NCBI GenBank assembly: GCA_014905635.1
Contig: JABVCE010000005.1
Coordinates: 1-64,000, forward strand
DNA: 64,000 nt
Reading direction: 5' to 3'
From: Scenedesmus sp. PABB004
Taxonomy: Eukaryota
The position numbers and the translations under genes were made by a program. The notes under the pieces are model-generated. The model made no database searches. It worked only from the letters and a program-made list of their open reading frames with translations, and was not told the origin of the DNA. This document shows positions 58,372 through 64,000 of the stretch, piece after piece; positions within the stretch are counted from its first letter, which is position 1, and every line of letters begins with the position of its first letter.

Positions 58372-59380
58372 TTACTCCATGCCCAGCAGCTGCAGGAGCT
58401 CGGTCTGGATCTGGAGCTGCAGCTGCTGTGCGATCATGAGCTCCTGCAGCTTGGCCTGCGCCTCCTCGCTCAGGCCCTCGGCGCTGACCACGCCGTCGGG
58501 GCCGTAGAACGCGGCGGCCGTGGCGACGGAAAGGCAGCGCTCGTGCTTGAGGCGCTGCGCGCGGTGCAGCGTCGCGTAGCTCGACAGACCGTCGCTGGAG
58601 ACGGGGGGCAGCCGGGAGAAGGCCGCCTGCGCCGCGGCGGCGTCCATGCGCGGCGGCGCGAGCCGCTGCGGGGCCGGGGCCGGGGCCGGGCCGCGCAGCG
58701 CCAGGCGGGCGCGGGCGCGACGCCGGCGGCGGCCGCCAGCTCGCTGAGCTGCAGCAGCTCCGCCATCATGGCCTGCAGATGGCCGTCCACGTCGCCGCCG
58801 GCGGCGGCGTAGTCGCACGCCGCCATCGCCTGCTGCTGGAGCAGCAGCTGCTGCTGCGCCAGGCTCGGGGCGCAGGCGTAGCCGCTGCCGCAGCTGGGCG
58901 AGCTAAAGGTGAACGAGTCGCTGCGCGCGCTGGCGGAGCTGCTGCTGCTGCCGCCGCTGCCGCTGCGGGCGATGCCGTAGGGCACGGACGGCAGGTCGAG
59001 CGACACCGCGCGGCGGCCGCCGTTGCGCGCTGCGGCGGCGCGGCCGCTGGCCCAGCTGCTCGACGGGCTGCTGGGCGGGCTGCCCCAGCACGGCTGGCCG
59101 AGGCGCGGGGTCCAGGGCGCCTGGTGGCCGGCGGGGTAGCACGCGGGCCCGCCGGCGGCGGCGTGGGCCTCGTCGAACTCCATGATGCTCGCCGGGATGA
59201 ACACGCCCGTGCCGGAGCTCCTGCGCCGCCGGGGGTCGCGCATGTGCGCGCCGAGGCCGGGCAGGGGGCCTGCGGTCGCCGGCGGGCGAGCGGGCATCCT
59301 GGTCAGCAATCCGGCGACTCACGCGCCGCGCTGGGGCGCGGTGGGCTCGACGCCTGCCACCTATCTCGCAGAAGCGCCAT
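58372..59380 (-). CDS. Orphan 'GTGVFIP' family protein, copy A; 2 exons and an apparent 1-nt frameshift near 58700
   Basis: MALLRDRW...|RPLPG..MRDPRRRRSSGTGVFIP, RRAVSLDLP, MAELLQLS; C-terminus KLQELMIAQQLQLQIQTELLQLL lies in an adjacent frame. Confidence 0.65.
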
Positions 59381-59782
59381 ACCCAAACTTTTCACGCCGG
59401 CCCGCTGCCCGTCTGCGGCCGCATCGCCCCGGGACCAGGCGCCCCTGACCCTGCGTGCATGCTAGGGCAGCCCCACGGCTCGCGCGGGGCCCGCGCTGCC
59501 CCGCGCCCCCAGCCAGGCGCTGTCCCAGCGGGTCCTGCGCCTGACGCGGCGCACCTGACTGCGTGGAGGGGCACATCGCGGCCAGGGTGGGTCGTGTCTT
59601 GGGTGCTGCGCGGCTAATTGGGGTGTTGGATCCTTATGACGGTGCGCGTGGTGTCGACAAACTGAGCGGCGGCCGGGCGGGCGAGCAGCGAGGCGGGCGG
59701 GCGGTCGATGGGCAATCGCGAAGCGCGCCGAGAAGTCTGTCACTTCGCAGCCGTGGTGGGCGCGCCAGGGCGGCCGAGAGGT
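59165..59782. repeat. Direct repeat copy 1 (partner 62822-63441)
   Basis: About 620 bp nearly identical; only a few substitutions and a 2-nt indel seen. Confidence 0.97.
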
Positions 59783-61311
59783 CGACGGCCAGCGCCTGAA
59801 AGCTCACACCGATGCGGACCACCCGTACGTGGTGCACGGCGCGCGCGCCGGGGCCCCAGGGCGCGCGCGAGCGGGGCCCAGCCAGGCCGAGCGGCGCCTG
59901 AGCGCTTGTACGCCCCAAACTTACACGTGTAAGAGATACAAAGAGCATTGAAAGCTCTTGCCGCGCGCCTGCTCAGGGCGCGGCGGCGTGCGAGCGCGGA
60001 GAGCGCTTGTTACATCATCCTGCCAGGTCGTCGCCCAGCCCACACGCGCTGCGACGGCGGGCAGCGCCAGGAAAAAACCTCGCAACGACGCACGCCGCTC
60101 ACCACTATGCTGGCCGGGACGTGCGCTCCGAGCCGCGCCGCCACCGGGCGGCTGGCGCCGCGTGCGCTCGGCGGCGCCCAGCGCACGCGACCCCCCCCCC
60201 CCCCACCCTCTCAACGTCACTTCACAACAACAAAAACACACACTGGCAAAGCCTGGCGGCGTGCGGACCGTGGTGCCAGCACGCGCCGCGCGGCCCTGAC
60301 GCGGCTCCTTTATTCCTGCTGCCTCCCAGAGGGGGCAGCCACCTTGTGGCAGCGCGCAAGCTCGCAAGCGCCGTGTCCCACCCAAATCAGGGCTCCGCAG
60401 TGCGCCCTGCCAGGCCGCCGGCGCTGCCCACACGGCGCATGCCCCGAGCTCGCGTGCAACATCAGCAACATCGCGTGGATTGAGGTCGAGGCGGGTGAAC
60501 GCAACCACACACGTGTTTGGAACGCCCCGGCGCTGGCGTCGCCCCGACCGCCGCCGGCGACCCCCCGACCCATGGGCATAGCCGCTCCCCGGTCAGCGCG
60601 CGCGGCTGCCGCAGCGCACAGCAAGCCGCGCCGCGCCGCATCCCTGGCTGGCTACACAAAGAAAAAGGAGAGGCATTGCATTGCCCGGGCGCTCCAAAGC
60701 GCGCACTCCAACAAAAGACCAACAGCACGTCATGGGGGTGGGTGGGGCTGTGTGTGTGCGGGCTGCCCAGGTGCCCGAGGCGAGGTGAGGCATGGGGAGG
60801 TAAAAGTGCAGTCGTGCAGACTCGCGCGACACAATACTGTGGGTGGGTTGGCGACGCCAACAGAGGCGGGATTGGTTTCCAAAACTGAACTGCCCTGCTA
60901 ACTGGGTGGACGAGCAAACCGACGTGGTGCGGCAGAACAAATGCAATGGCAATGACCGACCAGCAGCACGCGGCGCTCTCAGCTGCCGCGTGCGGCGCGC
61001 GCGCGCGCGCTCGCAAGGCCAGCAGCGTGTGTGCACGGGCACCGCCGCTCTCGTCGCATGCTGCGTGTACACGCAGACGCGGAACCAATCCTGATCCTGG
61101 TCGCCATGCACGCGTCACGCGGCCCTCATCAATCCTCACGGGCCGCCGCCATCGCCACGCGCTCGGCGCAGAGGGCGACGTGGCCGGACATCGCACAGCG
61201 CGGCGCTGCTGCGCGCGCCGTGCGCGCGGTCGCCGTCTCTCGGCAGTGCTTGTGCACACGCGGCACGAGTGTGTGAGTCCCCGAGCGCACCTGCGACCCG
61301 CCCTGCCACTG

Positions 61312-62189
61312 CTAGCCGCCCTGCTCCACGCTCAGCAGCTGCAGCAGCTCTCCCTGGATCTGCAGCTGCAGCTGCTGCGCGGCGAGCAGCTCCTGGAGCT
61401 TGAGCGCTGCGACGTCGCTCAGGCACGACGACGCGGCCGCCGAGATGACGCGGTGGCGCCGCCGCTGCTCGTAGCAGCGAGACAGGTACGCGTCGGCCAG
61501 CCCGGGCGGGCTGGGCGAGCCAGCCGGCCACTGCGGCGCCGGCGGCGGCGCCGGCGGCGCGGGCCAGCCGCCAGACCCGCTCGCGCGCGCCAGGAGCGGC
61601 GCGGGGCAGGGCGCCGCGGGCGCGGGGGCGCCGCCGGGCGCGGCGCTCAGGTCCAGCAGCTCCGCGATCAGCGCCGTGATGGCCCGGTCCAGCGCCGCAC
61701 TCCCGCACGCGCCGGGCGCGGCGCCGCGCCGCGCGGCGCCCCAGAACTCCAGCGGCGCGGGCGCGGGCTCGGGCAGCGCCGGGGGGAGGCCGGGGCCGGC
61801 GGCGAGCGGGCTGGGCCAGCTGCCCACACCGTCGCCCGCGCCGGCCGGGTCGGCGCCGAAGCAGGCGTTGCTGCCGGAGCTGTGGAAGAAGGGCAGCTCC
61901 AGCGAGGCGCGGCGGTGGTGGGTGTCGAGCTCCAGCGACGAGTGCCGCCGGCTGCGCCCCGCGGGGGCGGCGGGAATGGCGGCACCCCAGCCGCCGGCCG
62001 TGGCGCGCGGCACGCGCTGCGGCGCCAGCTGCTGGCCGCAGCTGGCCAGTCCGGCGCGCCCGCAGGCGTCGAGGCCGCCGCCGCCCTCCGTGAGCATGTG
62101 CATCGGTATGTACACCCCCGTGCCTCCAGGCAGGGGGGCGCTGCGGGCCTTGGCGCCTGCGCGGGCGCCGGGCGGCGGCGGCGGCAGCT
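61312..62189 (-). CDS. Orphan 'GTGVYIP' family protein, copy B; 5' exon/start not resolved
   Basis: GGTGVYIP, RRASLELP, LIAELLDLS, KLQELLAAQQLQLQIQGELLQLL* collinear with copy A. Confidence 0.7.
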
Positions 62190-62821
62190 GTGAGCGAGCG
62201 GCGCGGCGCAGGGACCGCAGTGCTCCGCTGAGCTGCTGGGCAGCACGGCGCTGGGACGGCGCGATGCGATTGCGCGCGTGCGGGGTGTGCTGGCGCCTGG
62301 GCTGCGGCGCCGAGGCCGAGAGCGGGCTGCTGGCATCTCGCGCCCGCTGCGGCCGAGCCCGCGCCCGCCACTGCGCAGCGCGGCGCCGACGCGATGGAAC
62401 TGTTGCTGAAGAAGGCAAGGCGTGCGCGCCGCGGCCCCAGAGGCCGCACCTGCCATGTCGGAGCCCGTTCGCGGGCGCGGGCGGCACGGAGGCGGAGCTG
62501 CTAGGGTGTTGGGCTTGCTATTCACGGTCGTGGACGCCAGTATGCGCTTCGGACGTGCGCTACCGGGCAATCGCGGCGCAGGCACGGCGGCAGAAGGGGC
62601 GGCGTTGTTCGCGCGCGGCCGGAGTTCACGCCTCCGCTCCCCGCGCTGCCGCCGCCGCATGCACGAACTGCTGCCGCGCGCCGCACCCAGCACGCCAGTT
62701 GCGCGTCCAACGGCGCTCGCTCCGCCGCGTGCTGGGCGTGCGGGCAGCTGTGCATCACGATCAAGATGGGCGGTCAACGCGGCTGACGCGCAGCTCCCAC
62801 AACCCACCGCGCCGGTGGCGA

Positions 62822-63441
62822 GGGCCTCGTCGAACTCCATGATGCTCGCCGGGATGAACACGCCCGTGCCGGAGCTCCTGCGCCGCCGGGGGTCGCGCAT
62901 GTGCGCGCCGAGGCCGGGCAGGGGGCCTGCGGTCGCCGGCGGGCGAGCGGGCATCCTGGTCAGCAATCCGGCGACTCACGCGCCGCGCTGGGGCGCGGTG
63001 GGCTCGACGCCTGCCACCTATCTCGCAGAAGCGCCATACCCAAACTTTTCACGCCGGCCCGCTGCCCGTCTGCGGCCGCATCGCCCCGGGACCAGGCGCC
63101 CCTGACCCTGCGTGCATGCTAGGGCCGCCCCACGGCTCGCGCGGGGCCCGCGCTGCCCCGCGCCCCCAGCCAGGCGCTGTCCCAGCGGGTCCTGCGCCTG
63201 ACGCGGCGCACCTGACTGCGTGGAGGGGCACATCGCGGCCAGGGTGGGTCGTGTCTTGGGTGCTGCGCGGCTAATTGGGGTGTTGGATCCTTATGACGGT
63301 GCGCGTGGTGTCGACAAACTGAGCGGCGGCCGGGCGGGCGAGCAGCGAGGCTGGGGCGGGCGGTCGATGGGCAATCGTGAAGCGCGCCGAGAAGTCTGTC
63401 ACTTCGCAGCCGTGGTGGGCGCGCCAGGGCGGCAAAGAGGT
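62822..63441 (-). pseudogene. Truncated duplicate of the copy A upstream region, exon 1, intron and start of exon 2 (to MEFDEA)
   Basis: Identity to 59165-59782 stops abruptly after the ...MEFDEA codons. Confidence 0.8.
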
Positions 63442-63538
63442 GGGCACGCCGGCGGCGCCGCCGACGCTCGCTCGACCGCGTGCTGGGCGCGGCGGCAGCC
63501 GAGCACGCCGTGCGTGCTTCGGCGACCAGCATCGGCGG

Positions 63539-63880
63539 TCAACACGCGCAGCTCTCCGCCGCCCGTGCCCGCCGCGCCGGCCGCCTAGGCCGGCGCGTAC
63601 GCCAGCAGCGGCGGCGGCCGCCGCGCGTCGGGCGCGGCGCCGGCGGCGGCGCGCCGCCGCCGGGGGGGCTGCCCGGCTCCTGCACGAGCCTGAAGAGCCC
63701 CGTGCCGGTGGGCATGGGGATGCCCATGATGATGCTCTCGCTCACGCCGACCACGTCGTCGGCGCGGCCGTGGATGGCCGCGTCAAAGAGGTGGTCCGCC
63801 GTCTTCTCAAAGCTCGCGCTGTGCAGCACGCTGTCTTTCATCTTGGCGATGCCAAAGCGCGTGATGCCCAGCACCTCGCC
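63539..63880 (-). CDS. RPC1: Last exon of RNA polymerase III largest subunit; gene continues beyond the window
   Basis: [57 protein letters not shown]; real stop may be 63585-63587 ([10 protein letters not shown]) if a base is missing. Confidence 0.93.
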   Translation of the reverse strand, partial: GEVLGITRFGIAKMKDSVLHSASFEKTADHLFDAAIHGRADDVVGVSESIIMGIPMPTGTGLFRLVQEPGSPPGGGAPPPAPRPTRGGRRRCWRTRRPRRPARRARAAESCAC

Positions 63881-64000
63881 CTGGCGCGACGCAATGGAGG
63901 GCGGGGGGTGAGCGTCGAGCGTGCGCGCGGCGGCGCGGGCGGGGGGGGGGGGGGGGCGAGCGCCGCGCGCGCGCGCGCGCCACCCACCCACCCACCCACC

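Noticed and set aside
58690..58720. Programmed ribosomal frameshift in copy A
   Set aside because: No slippery heptamer, and the paralog is continuous; an error or mutation is simpler
56542..58812. 756-aa plus-strand ORF
   Set aside because: No domain-like sequence; crosses (GT)n/(CA)n tracts and ends antisense to copy A; treated as UTR/intergenic
59165..63441. 620-bp direct repeats as LTRs of a retroelement
   Set aside because: No TG..CA ends, primer-binding site or gag/pol between them; the repeats contain host gene exon and intron sequence

Overview
This is eukaryotic nuclear DNA from the left end of a chromosome of a very GC-rich, intron-rich green alga. Sphaeropleales is inferred from the TTTAGGG telomere, TGTAA poly(A) signals and short GC-rich introns. 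The window starts with about 190 bp of telomeric repeat and then runs through about 24 tightly packed protein-coding genes, almost all spliced. Recognisable genes: histidine phosphatase, CELF-type RRM protein, ABC1/ADCK kinase, SYS1, mitochondrial S16 and L5, TFIIH p44, PRKRIP1, R2R3-MYB, mTERF, TPR-PB1 (PHOX), TrpD, SLU7, EDR1/CTR1-like kinase, NudCD1-like, NXD1, SLF2/CANIN-like, CCDC61/VFL3 and the 3' end of RPC1. Most long ORFs in the supplied track are GC-driven artefacts. Gene models were built by hand from splice sites, and family calls come from remembered motifs, not database searches. Highlights: (i) a 12-exon, about 1374-aa orphan protein with two AP2 domains, whose first intron holds a near-perfect 122-bp inverted copy of the neighbouring mTERF coding sequence and which has twin similar introns; (ii) unusually frequent GC-AG introns; (iii) a tandem family of 'GTGV(F/Y)IP' orphan genes with a recent duplication of about 620 bp covering promoter and 5' end; (iv) a metazoan-type SLF2/CANIN-like gene. 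No rRNA, tRNA, CRISPR or recognisable transposase was seen.
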